NCBI RefSeq assembly: GCF_018350175.1
Contig: NC_058368.1
Span: 196,790,001 to 196,854,000, forward strand
Source: Felis catus
Lineage: Eukaryota
DNA: 64,000 bases
Reading direction: 5' to 3'
How positions within the stretch are numbered: position 1 is the first letter of the stretch; each line of letters opens with the position of its first letter. Shown in pieces: positions 25,886-38,799 of the stretch. The notes beneath the pieces were generated by a model. It searched no databases. It was not told the origin of the DNA and worked only from the letters and a program-made list of their open reading frames with translations. Position numbers and translations under genes: made by a program.

Positions 25886-27384
25886 GCCCCCTCCAGAAAG
25901 GGAATTTTTGATTCACTGAGCTGCAAAGGGTGGAAGGTAGATGGATCCGGTTTACGTAACGTCATCAACCAGTCTCCAGTTCCCGGCTTGACTTCCTTCT
26001 GTCTTGGCTTTGTTCTCAGACAGGCTTGCTCTTGTTGTGGAGAAAAGCCAACCAGCCGCTGCAAGCGTAGCTGCGCAGGGGGCAACCCCAGCAGAGAGGC
26101 GGCATCTCTTCTGTGGCAGCTCCCGCCCTGGCAAAAATCCTGAGGCTTGGCTTGGATCACACGCCCATCAGTGAACCAATCAGTGTGGCCGGGAAAATGG
26201 CGTGTTCCAATTGGCCAGGCCTGTGTCATGTGTGCAGTCTGGTATCCAAACTCCCTGGGCTGAACGTAAGGAGTCCCTTGGATAAAATAGGGGCCTTGTG
26301 TCTGGAAGAAGGGGTGAGACCCAGTACGAGAGATGTCCTCAGTTTGTCCGTGTGAGACATCCCTGTGGCCCAGTTGTCCCTGGGGCCAAGTTCCTGGGCA
26401 CCTGACCACCCATGTAGGTGTGCCACAGCCATCACGGGCTTGGTCCCTGGTCAAGGGGATTCTGGCGGCTCTGGGCGGCAGGTGGGAGGAGTCTCTCCCC
26501 TCGGGGTGTTCACACAACAGATGGTGCTCGCTGAAAGGGCATCTCTAGGAGGCAGCAGGCACAGCTGGTCTGCCCAAGCCCCCCAGCTGCATTTTCCTAG
26601 TGTCCTTCAAGAGAGGTTGGAAACGACAAAGATTGGGGGATGTTATCGGAGGAGAGGAGGGGAGGGGAGAGATGCCAAAATGCCCCCAGCTGTCTCCGGA
26701 AGGCTGGGACCCCTCAACCAGGGTGCCCAAAGACCGTGGGAAGCTGCAGCCTCGGGCTGGAGTGGCATCGGGGATGATGTCCCTGCTCAGCCATCCTTAC
26801 CTGTCCCCTCCTTTCTTCTCAGACCACCCTCCACCCCCACCCCAGCACCCTTGAACTACGCGTTCCTCCTTTGAATGTATTCCTCCGCTCCAGATACACA
26901 TCTCTTGGGCGCTTGTATTCATTCAATAGCGAGATTAGCATCTACAATGGTCCCCACCCTGTGTCAGGAGCCACAGTGAATCCCCAGGCAGGCATCGCCC
27001 ACAAGCTCACAGAATGTGCAGATCTAGAAAGTGTGCCTTCTTTGTTCTTAATTGCACAAGTTAGGCACGAACTGGTTCTCTTTGGAAGGTAGTCCAACAA
27101 TACATTTACTACTGTGGCCACTTGATTTTCCCCAGCCAGGTCCTCCCTCAGAGCTACCTCCATTATTCATTTGGTGTACAGCTGGCGAAATATTTTCTGC
27201 ATATGTGCGTCCCAATATGTTCACGTGCAGACACGTACAGCTTTTGCTTTGTTGACATTTAAAAAGTAAACCCAAAAGAGGACGCAGTGAAGACGCCCTC
27301 TGACTCCGTCCCCCAGCTTCTCGGTGCCTTCCCAGAACAGCCTCTTGGGTTCACCAATTTCCAGTGCTTTCTTCCAGATAAGCT

Positions 27385-27726
27385 GGGACAGAAGTCAACA
27401 AACCTTGTCTGTAAAGGGCCGGACCATAAATACTTTAGGCTCTGTGGGCTTATGGTCTCTGTCACAACTCGTCAACTCTGCTATTGTACTGAGAACGCAG
27501 CCATAGACCACACATAAATGAATGAGCGTGGCTGTGTGCCAATAAAACTTTATTTAAGGACGTGGCATTGTGAACTTTACATCATTTTCACGTGTAAGGA
27601 AATATTATTTTCTTTGGATTGCTTTTCAACTAATTTAAAAATCTAGACACCAATCTCAGCTTGCTGGCTACACCAAGACAGGCAGCTGGCTGGATTTGGC
27701 CCTTGGACCGTAGTTTGCCAACCCTG
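27385..27726. mobile_element. MER58-like hAT-Charlie element
   Basis: tctgtaaagggcc...aaatactttaggct...ggctgtgtgccaataaaactttattta...gtagtttgccaaccct. Confidence 0.7.
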
Positions 27727-27946
27727 GCCTACACACGTCAAGAACGAATATGGCTTCCCGTTTCTCTTGCATGAGGAGAGCATACTATATACATTGTTCT
27801 ATACCTTACTTTTCTCATTTTGCAATGTCTTAGAGATCATGCCACATCATTTCATACGGAACGTCATTTTTGCCTTTGTCATAATATTACATTTTATTCC
27901 ATGATCATACATTCTTTTTAAAAAAAAAAAAAAAAGCTTATTTATC

Positions 27947-28101
27947 GGGACGCCTGGGTGACTCGGTCAGTTGAGCGGCAGACTTCAGCTCAGGTCACGA
28001 TCTCGCGGTCCGTGAGTTCGAGCCCTGCATCGGGCTCTGGGCTGAGAGCTCAGAGCCTGGAGTCTGCTTCGGATTCCGCGTCTCCCTCTCTCTCTGCCCC
28101 T

Positions 28102-28142
<41 letters not shown>

Positions 28143-28160
28143 TCAAAAATAAATAAAACC
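27947..28160 (+). mobile_element. Can-SINE
   Basis: Full copy, flanked by aaaaa(g/t)cttatttat. Confidence 0.9.
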
Positions 28161-28169
28161 TTTTTAAAA

Positions 28170-28365
28170 ATCTTATTTATTTATTTATTTATTTTTGAGA
28201 CAGAGAGACAGAGCACGAGCAGGGGAGGGACAGAGAGAGGGAGACAGAGAATCCAAAGGAGGCTCCGACAGAGCCCAGTGCAGGGCTCTTCCTCACGAAC
28301 CGTGAGATCATGACCAGAGCTGAAACAAGTCGGATACTTAACCGACTGAGCCACCCAGATGCCCC
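28170..28365 (-). mobile_element. Can-SINE, older copy
   Basis: (TTTA)n tail, GA linker and diverged head. Confidence 0.87.
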
Positions 28366-28424
28366 AGCCCGTGAACATACATTTATCACAATTTCCTTAG
28401 CCGATCACTTATTTGAGTGTATGT

Positions 28425-29170
28425 GTTTTGAGCTTTCTTGGGATATAATGCACACGTCATACAATTTATCCATTCTAGGTGTCCCATTAAAGGGCTTTTA
28501 GTATATCCACAGAGCTGTGACACAGCAGCATAATTTTAGAGCATTGTCGTTGCCTCAAAATAAACCCCTCACACTTAGCTATCATCCCCATCCCTCATCA
28601 CTTCCCTGGGCCGTGGGCAACTACTCACTTATTTTCTGTCTCCCTTGCCTATTTTGGATATGTATATAGAATCATAAGATACTTCGTCTTTGTGGCCGGC
28701 TTTTTTCACTTAGCATGAGGTTTTCAGGGTTAATCCCGGCCACAGTGCGGGTCAGCCCTTCACTCCTTTTTACTGCAGAGTGATGTTCTCCTGTAGGGCG
28801 ATACCACATTTTATGTATCCATTCAGCAGCTCGGGGGACATGTGGATTGTTTCCACGTTGGGGCTAGCAGGAATGCCGCTGTGAACATTCATACACAAGT
28901 TGTTGTGTGAACATATGTTTCCTTTCCTCTTGTTTATGTATCTAGGAGTGGAAGCACTGGGTCACGTCATAACTCTACGTTTAACCATTTGAGGAACTGT
29001 CCGTATGTTTTCCAAAGTGGCCGCACCATTTCATTTTCCCAGCAGCAATGCATGAGGGTTCTGTTTTCTCCACAGCCTCGCCAACCTTTGTCATTACCTG
29101 GTGGGGTTTTTGGTTTGTTTGTTTGTTTTCATTATAGCCGTCCCGGTGGGTAGAAAGCAGGATCTCATGG
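28425..29170 (-). mobile_element. Old L1 3' region
   Basis: Antisense L1M motifs (ttttcacttagcat, ataccacattttatgtatccattca, tctaggagtggaa, cccagcagcaatgcatgagggtt). Confidence 0.75.
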
Positions 29171-29229
29171 TGGGGCATGTGTGTTTTTAACCAAATGTAC
29201 TGTCCTGAGGTTTTAAGAATTCATTTCTA

Positions 29230-29460
29230 GGGGCGCCTGGGTGGCTCAGTCAGTTGAGCGACTGACTTCAGCTCAGGTCATGATCTCAGGGTTTGTGGGT
29301 TCGAGCCCCACATCACGCTCTGTGCTGACGGCTCAGAGCCCGGAGCCTGCTTCGGATTCTGTGTCTCCCTCTCTCTCCGCCCCTCCCCCACTCGTACTTT
29401 GTCTCTCTCAGAAATAAACATTAAAACATGTAAAAACCAAGAAAAATAAATAAATAAACA
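29230..29460 (+). mobile_element. Can-SINE
   Basis: Full copy. Confidence 0.9.
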
Positions 29461-30104
29461 AATCAACAAACAAAAATGTGGAATCTGAGATTCCCCTCAA
29501 AACCCTGCCCCAAGCTCCTAGTCTCCTAACTGGACACCACGGCTTTCCCCAGAAGGCAGCATAGAGAGCCGGGGTTAGAGCCCTGGCTTTCAAACCAGAC
29601 TGTTCTGGATTCCAATCCCAGCTCAGCCCTCTTGAGGCCTACTTACTTTACCCTTTGACCCTCAGGGTCTTTTTCTCTGACAGTTATCTCCCCTACCTCA
29701 CAGGGTGATGGTCCCATTTAGTCTGACGTACCCACCTCACAGGCTTATATCAGATTGAAATGAGCCAAACACATTGCCTGGCATATAGTAAGCACCCAGT
29801 AAGTAAACTGTGCCTATTATTTCTTCCCCTCCAGTTAGTTCTCCCCATCTGGGGTGACTCGGTGGTGGGTGGCTGGGTGGGTGGTAAAGAGTCATTTATC
29901 ACGGGCAGGGGATTCCTGGTTCAGAATCCAGGCACTTGGTTGGGTCACGTGTCGCCTCCATGTTGTCATTCCACGAGACGTGGCTTGACTTGCCCCCTGC
30001 TGAGTCCCGCTTCGATAAACTGTGGAGGGACAGGCCACACGCCCTCGTTGATCACCACTGCGTAAGGCAGAAGGAGCTGAGAACAAGAGTTCCATTGAGC
30101 TCAA

Positions 30105-30430
30105 AGTTTTCTCAGCCTTGGCTGCCACAAGAATCACTTGGGGGAACATTTCCAAAAACGCCAAGGGCTGGACCCCATGCCCTCCCTGGCCCTGATCACA
30201 TTGGTTGGGAGTGGGGTCAGCAGCTTAAAACTCCCCGGGGGATCCTAACTGAAGTCAGACGTGAGATCCACTGGTTTATGTGAGTGGTGTTCAAACTTCA
30301 CTGTGTCCATATCTCCCGGAGGGTCGGGCCCCGCCCAGCCCATAGGCCTGGGAACTTGTGTTTCTAACAAGTTTCCATGTGACGTCGATGCTGCCCATCT
30401 GAAGGATACGCTCTGATACCAGCTGATCTA
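30105..30430. mobile_element. MER5-like hAT element(s)
   Basis: ttctcagccttggctgc...agaatcacttggggga, and gtgttcaaactt...tttctaacaagttt. Confidence 0.55.
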
Positions 30431-32198
30431 GATGAACCTAAATGGGCTTTTCCCACCCGAGTGGGGAGGTCCTTTCCTTCCCGGCATCCTTTCCCCTCTA
30501 GTAATAGCTCCTGACTTGTCTTTCATCAACCACCCTACCCCTCCTCACCTCTTAGGCCAGTGGTGTGAGTGGTCTTCACCTTGCTTGTCAATCTTAGGAG
30601 CAGGAACATGACCAAATCTAGCCCATCCACAGAATCTATACCCTGGCTCCGTGAGTGGTTCAGCGATGGGCATGTCACCGAATAGAGCCCAGGGACAGTC
30701 AGCCCTATGACTTTTGCCAGAATGCTTGGGAAGAGGCTCTAGGCTGGCAAGGTGTAAGCCTGGGGCTGCTACATCGTGCCTTTGCAGGGGCGGAGCCTGT
30801 CTGATGGCGAAGCAGGCAACAGACAGCAGAAGAGACCAATAGAGACCAGGTCCCATGACGCCTTCTTACACCCTAGATCTAGCCACACCTGACTCCCGGC
30901 CTAAATGTTTCAGCTAGATAAGCCAACCCATTCTCTTTCGCTGGAGTTAATGGAGGGGGTGTTTGCCGTGTGGAACTCAAAGGGTCTGAAACACACCACA
31001 CCACACCTCAAGAGCCTTTCTGGCCAGAGTAGGATTCTAGCTCCTCTCCCGGCTGCGGCTTCCATCTGGCAATGCCCTTCCAAAAGGCCCCGGAACTGAA
31101 CAGCAGAACGGGTCATTTAGTCCCATCCTCTCCTTGTTCACGTGGGGTGACCTGGGGGCCAAGAAGGGCGAGGACTGGTCCTGAGTCATGCGTACAACAA
31201 AGCCAATGGGATGTCAGCCCTTGGCTCTGTTAATAAATTCACCCATAGCAGTGGGGTGATAACAGTCGCCAGTGCTGAGCCCCCGTTCAAGGACACCCAT
31301 GCAAGGACGGGGCTCACTCCTTCAGCACGAAAAAGGGCTTCATTGCCCTTTGCTCAGTGTCTCAGTTTCTGTAATTGCAATCCAACAAGGATACGTGTGA
31401 GCACCATTGTTATGATAAAGATCATAAATGGAGTGTATGGACATAGGAAACGATTTTTCAGGAGAAAATGAAGCCCTCCGGGTATCTCACCACCCTGCAC
31501 GAATAGTGACAACATTCGGGAAGCATGTTCTTTTGCATTTTTTGCTTTTTCTGCGAGGATTCCTATGAAGCAAGGTGGGGATCTGCCCTGGGGAACGTAA
31601 AGTATCCTCTGAGGAAGGAATCCGGGCGAGTCCTGGAAGTAAGAGAGGGAAAAAGATACTCCACCCTTGGGGGGGTGTATCACACAGGGTGATTGGTACA
31701 AGCTCCAGAATATAGAGAACAGGGGTTTGGGGGGGAAGGCCAATGGAAGCTTCCACAACGGATGAAAGACTAGAAGAGCAGGCTTGGGTCAGCAGGAATT
31801 AAGGAAATTCTGAGGGCCAAGAAGCAGGAAGCAGGAAAAGCAACCATTGCCTTTAACTAGATGCTGTCAATGACCCTACCACTGCCACTGCCCTTGCCAG
31901 AGCCAAAGTCCAGAGAAAGAACATTTTAGAAAGCATGCTCCCCCGCTGATTTACCCAGGTGAATGACCTCTTTGACTTTAATTGGAGGAGGCCAGCATAG
32001 GAGGATGGAACCAAAAATTACCCCACCCCTGCCCAAGACGGTCAGGGGGAGGCAACTTCCTTAATGAAACCAGGGAGGGAAATGGTTTCCCAGTTTCAGC
32101 TATAAACCCAGAGCTACCCTCTAGTGAGCCTAGAGAGGGCAAGAGCTGGGGGTTTCTTCTTCTTCTTCTTTTTTTTTCTTTACTGTTTATTCATTTTT

Positions 32199-32417
32199 TT
32201 TTTAATTTTTTTTTCAACGTTTATTTATTTTTGGGACAGAGAGAGACAGAGCATGAACGGGCGAGGGGCAGAGAGAGAGGGAGACACAGAATCGGAAACA
32301 GGCTCCAGGCTCTGAGCCATCAGCCCAGAGCCCGGCGCGGGGCTCAAACTCACAGACCGCGAGATCGTGACCTGGCTGAAGTCGGACGCTTAACCGACTG
32401 CGCCACCCAGGCGCCCC
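32199..32417 (-). mobile_element. Young Can-SINE nested in the tail of an older SINE
   Basis: TSD actgtttattcattttt at 32182-32198 and 32419-32435. Confidence 0.95.
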
Positions 32418-32418
32418 A

Positions 32419-32618
32419 ACTGTTTATTCATTTTTGAGAGACAGACACAGAGCATGAGCGGGAGAGGGCTAGAGAGAGGGAGACACAGAATCTGACGCAG
32501 GCTCCAGGCTCCCAGCTGTCAGCACGGAGCCCGATGTGTGGGCTCGAACCCACGAACCGTGAGATCATGACCTGAGCCGAAGTCGGACGCCTAACCGACT
32601 GAGCCACCCAGGCGCCCC
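32419..32618 (-). mobile_element. Can-SINE (host of the nested copy)
   Basis: Antisense body; its tail continues on the far side of the inserted copy. Confidence 0.92.
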
Positions 32619-33849
32619 TGGGGCTGCTGCTGCTTCTAGGGACAGTTTGTAGCGGAGCCTGGAAACCGGTGCCAACCCAGCCACCCCCTAGCACACTGTC
32701 GGTATACTTGGGGAAATAAATCGATTTGTGTTTGAGTATCCATGTATCGATAAAGAGCTCTAACACCCACGTCCGGGCCTACCTGTCATGGAGCGGCCAC
32801 AGCTGTGTGAGAGCTGTCTTTTTCCTTCCCCGAATCCTCCCGAGAAACACCTGAAGGACCAGCCGAATGGAATATGCCTTGATCAAGAAAGTGGTTTCTT
32901 TAGGGAGTAGGCACTGCCTCAGGGGCTGGGCCCGTGGTGTTTCCAGGCTCTTGCAGACGGTAGTAGAGACCTCCCACCTCCCCAGGAGGGCCAGATTTTT
33001 GATTCGCCGAGTCTTGAAAAGGAGTTGAGGGTGGAGGCGGTTCTCCTCAGGGGGGGAGACAGTTTGGAGGACTCGGGGCCACTGGGGGGGGATATAACAT
33101 AGTAGCAGCAGCTGATGTCCATTTAAATGCAAAGCCTAACGTGCTGTCCCCAAAGTGTGTGCCATCTCCGGCTGCATTAATAGAAGCAGGTCTGTGGAAG
33201 GAGGGAGGAGATGTCCTTGCCCCTACTCTGGCCAGCCCACTGTCCCGTTCCAGGCGACTTAACAGGGATGTGGACACAATTGGTGGCATCCCCAGACCTT
33301 CTCATCAGCTGCACTGGGTTTCTCCTCACCATCACCATCCCTGCCCCCTCGCCCCCCACAGCCCCCCACCGCCCCCACCTCCCGGAGCAGTTGATCATGG
33401 TCACAGCTCCTTTCTTCCAAGCATTGTCAACTTTGCAGGACTCTCCCAACTGTCCCCTGGAGAAAGCATGCCCGGAGGCCGAGTCCTGTTGCAGGTCAAG
33501 AATCCTACTTTATCAGCAGCTGCAAAAACATTTAGCGGATCCCGAGGGCAAAGCTTAGCCTGCCTGGCAACTCCTGGGACCTCCCCACCTGGCCTCCAGA
33601 GATCCTGCACGCCCCACCCCACCCCCCAGGGGTCTCAGAGACAGGGGGGTGGGGCTGGGGGTGGGGGGCGCTGTCTCAAAGTCCTCAAGGCCCTGTGCCA
33701 TGTGTCTCCAGCCAAGTTTCCCAATGTGATCTCCCGTTGTTCCCCTTTACATACATACGACTCAGCCAAAGGCGAGCACAGTTCAGCTTTTCAAAAACAC
33801 ATGCTATATTAGTTGTTTTTTGATCACAAGGGGCAGAGTGCCCAGTGAG

Positions 33850-35190
33850 ACTAGGTTGACCAAGAAAGGAAAGTGAGATGTGCAGCCGTGTCTGGCGCCA
33901 GGCCCGATTGGCTCCCGCAGCCGAGGGTCTCTGGGTCTCGGTCTCTTGGCTTCGTGTTAGCTTCGCCCTCAGACCGGCTTTCCCCGGGAAGTTGCAAAAA
34001 CGGTCGCTGAAAGCCTGTAGCGCAACAAGGCTGGTGGAAATAAAATTTGTCTCCTCCCAGGGGTTTGAGCCCAAGGCCCAGGAACTGACTTTCATGGAGC
34101 AGACTGGGGTTATTGTCCATCCTGAGTCACGTCCTGTGGCAAGAGGCACCGAACGCAGTGATTGGATAGGCCTAAGTCTCATGCCCCAGGATGCAGGGGA
34201 AGAGGCCTCGTAGGGGTTGGGCTTGGCACGAGGGTCATTGTTGCTTATGACACATGGCTTGAGAGTGGGAGGGGGTGGGTCCCTAAGGAACAACGTGCAT
34301 TCTGCAGTTAGAAGCAGGGGAAACAGGGGATGGGCAGGGAACCCCGCGTGCCCGCCACCCCACGGGCCGATCAGTCCTCCCAGCAACCCAGCACACTGGT
34401 ATGAGTCCAACAGACAGTGAGGGAACTAAAGCCAGGTAGAGCAGCTCTGGATATTGGAGGGAAAGTCCTGTGTTTCTTTGGAATGTCTTAGTGGCTATGG
34501 GAGAGGACTGGAGAAATGGTTGAGGAAGCCATGTGAAGGATTTTGAACTTTGACAATGGACCGTCCCGCAAGGATCGTGCCTAATGGAACGAGAGATGCT
34601 TCTGGAGCATTCTAGAGTATTCTGGGCCAGGAGAGGAACTGCGTTGGCAGACACGACCCAACACCCTTTGCCCCCTTCCTTCTTTCCTTCTTGAAGAGCC
34701 CTGCGCTGCTCAGGTGTCCACTCAGCCCAGCCTCAGGGTGAATCGTGAGTGGTCCACACCCATCGTGAGGCTCCGACCCGTCTTGCCAACCATTGGACTA
34801 GGAATACACACGTGATGCAATTCTGACCAGTGACGCATCTGGTCATGGTTCCCCAGAGGGTCTTTGGGGAACCATGTTTTCACCGATGAGAGGACACACG
34901 CCGGAAGAAACAGACCGCCTCCCCTTCGCTGGACATCGTCACGTCTCGAAGTCCAGCAGTTACCTCGTGACCAAGAAGAAAGCCAGCGTGAAGGACAGTT
35001 GACACCCAAAGAGGACGGAGCCGAAAAACGCAAGGAACCTGAGCTCTTGATTGTGACAACCGAGCCTCCGAATTAACCAACGCTGGAGGCCTCCTACTTT
35101 GGGGCATCTTAGAAGGTAGTATAATACATGTCCCTTCTTGTCCGTCAGCCGCATTGGAGCCCTCCCTTACGGCAGCCGCAGCACACGAAG
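33850..35190. mobile_element. Degraded MLT1-type (ERVL-MaLR) LTR fragments
   Basis: Motifs like gattggataggcctaagtc, tctgaccagtga...ggtctttgggga and ttgtgacaaccgagcc. Boundaries are rough. Confidence 0.4.
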
Positions 35191-37843
35191 CGACTCAGAC
35201 AGGCTTGGCGTGTTGAGAGTCTCTGAAGACAGAGGACATTTTCAACACCAGCTGTTGAGGCTGTAGGCAAGCCGAGGGACTATTCTGGGAAGTGCAGAAT
35301 CCTGGAAAGTGGATGAGCTTCATTCAGAGACTCACACTCCCAGATCCATTACTTACTAGCTGTGCGCCCTTGAACACTCGCACGCACCTCTCTCGGCCTC
35401 AGCGTTTTCCTCTGTCAAATGGGAAGAACAACGCGTTCTTCACGGAGGCGTGGTGAGGATTGAGATCCCGAATAGCGTTCTGACAGACGATGATGATGGC
35501 TATTTATGGAAGGATCACTTTTATCTGCGCATCGCTGGACCGGGATCTCGGTGATGTCCCCACAAGGACTTGACGAGGTGCTGACACTTGAGCAGAATGT
35601 CTTCAGAAGTTTTTGAAAACTCTAGATTCCTGGACTCCATCCACAGACACCACGATTCAGGAGATCTGAGACGGGGGTCTCTGTAGTAGTCAGGACTCTG
35701 GCGTGCAAGTAGCAGAAACCCCAAATCAAACTGGCCAAAGCCAAAAAAAAAAAAAAAAGGCAATTTATCGGCTCGTGTATCTGAAGAGTCCAGGGGGGTA
35801 AACCTCAGACATGGCTGGGTTCAGGGGCTCTTGACATGTCGCGAGGAAGGTCCGTTTGCCTCTCTCTCTCCGATCCCTTGTCGTGGTCGGCCTCTGTGTC
35901 GGCTTCATTCTTAGCTAGTAGTTCCAAGCTGACAGCTACAGCCTAGGGCCTCCGAGAAAAGAGAACATCTCTTCCCCTAAAGCTCTGCCAAAATCCTGGG
36001 GCTGCCACTGCAGCGAGCTTTGACCCTGGGCTGACCATGCCTGTGATTCGCCAGGCCTGGGGAACATGCTCACTCCTAGACACCCGGGGGCGGGTCTCCA
36101 CCCCAACCACACTGGGTCGCATGTGGGGAGGGGCATAGCTTTGTAACGTAACATAGGGGCTCTCCTGGGGGGGGGGGGAGGGGAGGGAGAGAAAATGGGT
36201 GCTGAGTGGGCAAACACACTACAAGGCTCAGAATCTGTATTTCTGACCAAGTTACCCATTGATTCGGATTCACAGGCAGGTTTGGGAATGGGTGCTGGTT
36301 TTAGGACTTATTACAGCCATGGAATCCCTTTCTTCCTAGGAACTCTTAAACAGGAGCCAGGAAACAAGACTGATGCAAAAATGGTCCTGTCCTAGTGGAA
36401 GGAGGGGCGCAGAAGCCTCCAGCTATCCGCCTGAGCAGCCCTAAAGGCACCCCAGGGGTTCCCCTGAGCTCCCCAATTTCATTGCTCTCTGAGGTCCCTT
36501 TGGCTCTGATTCTCCAGCCCTGCATTTGGTGCAACGGTGGCGGGGGGAGGGTCGGGGGAGAGTCTCAAAGAGCTCCCCTAACGCGGTGCCCCCCCCCTCC
36601 AGCCCCCGCAACCTGCGTTAGAAGCCAGTGCCAGAGGAGCAAATCAGGACAGGAGAGGCCAGGGGCTGGCTTGGGAGGTGCGTCAGACGCGCCGCATCGG
36701 ATGCTTCTGGCTTTGAAAGCCCATCCTGGCCCGAGGCCAAATGGCCTCATGGGCTCTGCAGAGCCCTGTGCCATGGGCTGCGTGGGCGTCATGACCCGCC
36801 TGTCTGCCGGGGACAGAGAGGCTGGAGACAGTGCTGCATCCGTGGTAGCAGAGGGAGACGCTACAGGGACACGCTGGCTGGGGAGATGTGGTGGAGGATG
36901 AAGCCAATTTCACACCTTATTAGTCTGTTTGGGGCCAATTAAGGCCATCCGGAAACTGGGCTGAGGCCCTTTCCCTCCCCCCTCCCTTTGCCAAGAAGAA
37001 AGGCCTCTATGGCCTGAAACTCTTCTTGTGGAAGGAGCACTGTTTTGTTTTGTTTTTTTTTTCCTACTCAAAACCCCACAGTATCCAAACCGGGAGTCGA
37101 GATGCCTTTTCTTTTGCAAGAGACCGCAAAGCGCAGAGGTGAACGCATCCAGCGTGTGTCTGGCGGGGGAGGGATTGACCCATGTTGATTATTCATTTAT
37201 TCATCCACTGTCCATTCAACAGATGTGTCCTGGGAGCCTACTGTGTGCCAGGAAACTGAACCTTGGTGCTTAGTTTCGTAAAACATAATGTCCTCAGAGA
37301 ACCTTCATTCTTTCCCCAGCTTTTCCACTGAACATCAACCATGTCGGACACCCTGCCGGGCTCGGGGGTGCAGTGCAAATAGACACAGCCCCCGCCCTCG
37401 TGGAGCTAACTCCATGGAGAGACCCTCGAGTAAAAAGGCAATTTCAAAGAGGGAGAAGGACCCCAGGTAGAGGTATACATAGGAAAAGGAGCTGAACTAA
37501 GCAAGGAAGGCTTCCTGGAGGAAGTGATGTATCACTGAGACTTGAAGGATGATTTAGCAGGGGGAGGAGGTTGCGGGAGGGTGTACCTACCACCCAGATG
37601 AAAGAGAGAGTGCAAAGGAGGCCAGAGAGAGCAATGCAGTGTGCAGAGGTCAAGGAAGGGAAGGAATAAACAGGGTCCACACCACAAAGCCACGGTCAGG
37701 AACCCTGGAAGGTCCTGCCAAAGCCTGGATTCAGATTTGTGTCCCTGAAAGCTCTCCCTGGCAGTGGCCTCGTGAAAAACAGGGAAGGCGGGAGGAACAC
37801 AGTTGGAGACACAGCTGGAGGCTGTTGTAAGATGACAGGTGAT

Positions 37844-38297
37844 GGGGCACCCGGGTGGCTCAGTTGGTTAAGTGTCTAACTTAAGCTCATGATCTCACGG
37901 TTCATGAGTTCAAGCCCCGCGTCGGGCTCTGTGCTGACGGCTCGGAGCCCAGAGCTTGCTTCAGATTCTGTGTCTCCCTCTCTCTCTGCCCCTCTCCCGC
38001 TCACACTCTGTCTCTGTCTCTCTCTCAAAAGTGAATAACATTAAAGAAAAAAAAAATTTTAATTTTTTTTTTCAACGTTTTATTTATTTTTGGGACAGAG
38101 AGAGACAGAGCATGAACGGGGGAGGGGCAGAGAGAGAGGGAGACACAGAATCGGAAACAGGCTCCAGGCTCCGAGCCATCAGCCCAGAGCCCGACGCGGG
38201 GCTCGAACTCACGGACCGCGAGATCGTGACCTGGCTGAAGTCGGACGCTTAACCGACTGCGCCACCCAGGCGCCCCAAAGAAGAAAAAAAAAAAAAA
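37844..38297 (+). mobile_element. Can-SINE whose poly(A) tail is split by an inverted young SINE
   Basis: Outer TSD aagatg(a/g)caggtga at 37829-37842 and 38298-38311. Confidence 0.9.
38057..38276 (-). mobile_element. Young Can-SINE, nested and inverted
   Basis: Near-consensus copy lying inside the A-tail of the 37844 element. Confidence 0.95.
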
Positions 38298-38612
38298 AAG
38301 ATGGCAGGTGAGCGCTTGGGGAACCCCAAGCTGCAAGTTCACTGGCAGTGGGGATGAAGAGGAGTGGGTGACTTTGGAGGACCTGAGAGATGTCCTGCTC
38401 TGTGGAAATTCTCTGTAGGTCAGCGGGTGAGTACAGGGGACAAGAGACTGGACCGGGCATCAGACGAAGCTAGGTGTAGAACCCGTTCTATCTAATCTGC
38501 TTAACATCTATGTGGCCCTCGGCAAATCCCTGTACATTTCCTCTCTTCCCTTCCTGTGCCAGCTTCATTCTCACGGGACCATGTTCCCAAGATGTGGACC
38601 CATGGGCCTTAA

Positions 38613-38716
38613 GTAGGGTTACCAGCGAAAATACAGGGCACCTAGTTAAATCTGATTTGCATATAAACCATAAATAATTTTTTACTATAAGGATATCCCA
38701 TTTGGGACATACTAAC
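38613..38716. mobile_element. MER53-like hAT MITE, partial copy
   Basis: agggttaccag-gaaaatacagggcacctagttaaatctgatttgcatataaac...tcccatttgggacatact resembles the MER53 consensus as I recall it. Confidence 0.6.
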
Positions 38717-38799
38717 ACATATTTTAATTTAGGACTGAATAAGATGGATAAAATCTCTACCTTTGAGGATCCTACTGTCTTCTTTTTTTAAGATTTTTT

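Noticed and set aside
25810..26874. ORFs of 235 aa (minus) and 169 aa (plus)
   Set aside because: They run through LTR-like and SINE sequence or GC-rich DNA and show no protein similarity I can recognise.
33141..34410. ORFs of 223 aa (plus) and 241 aa (minus)
   Set aside because: No domain or splice support; they overlap low-complexity and LTR-like sequence.
38613..38716. Possible MER53-derived miRNA hairpin (miR-1302 type)
   Set aside because: Only about one arm of the palindrome is present, so the long hairpin cannot form.
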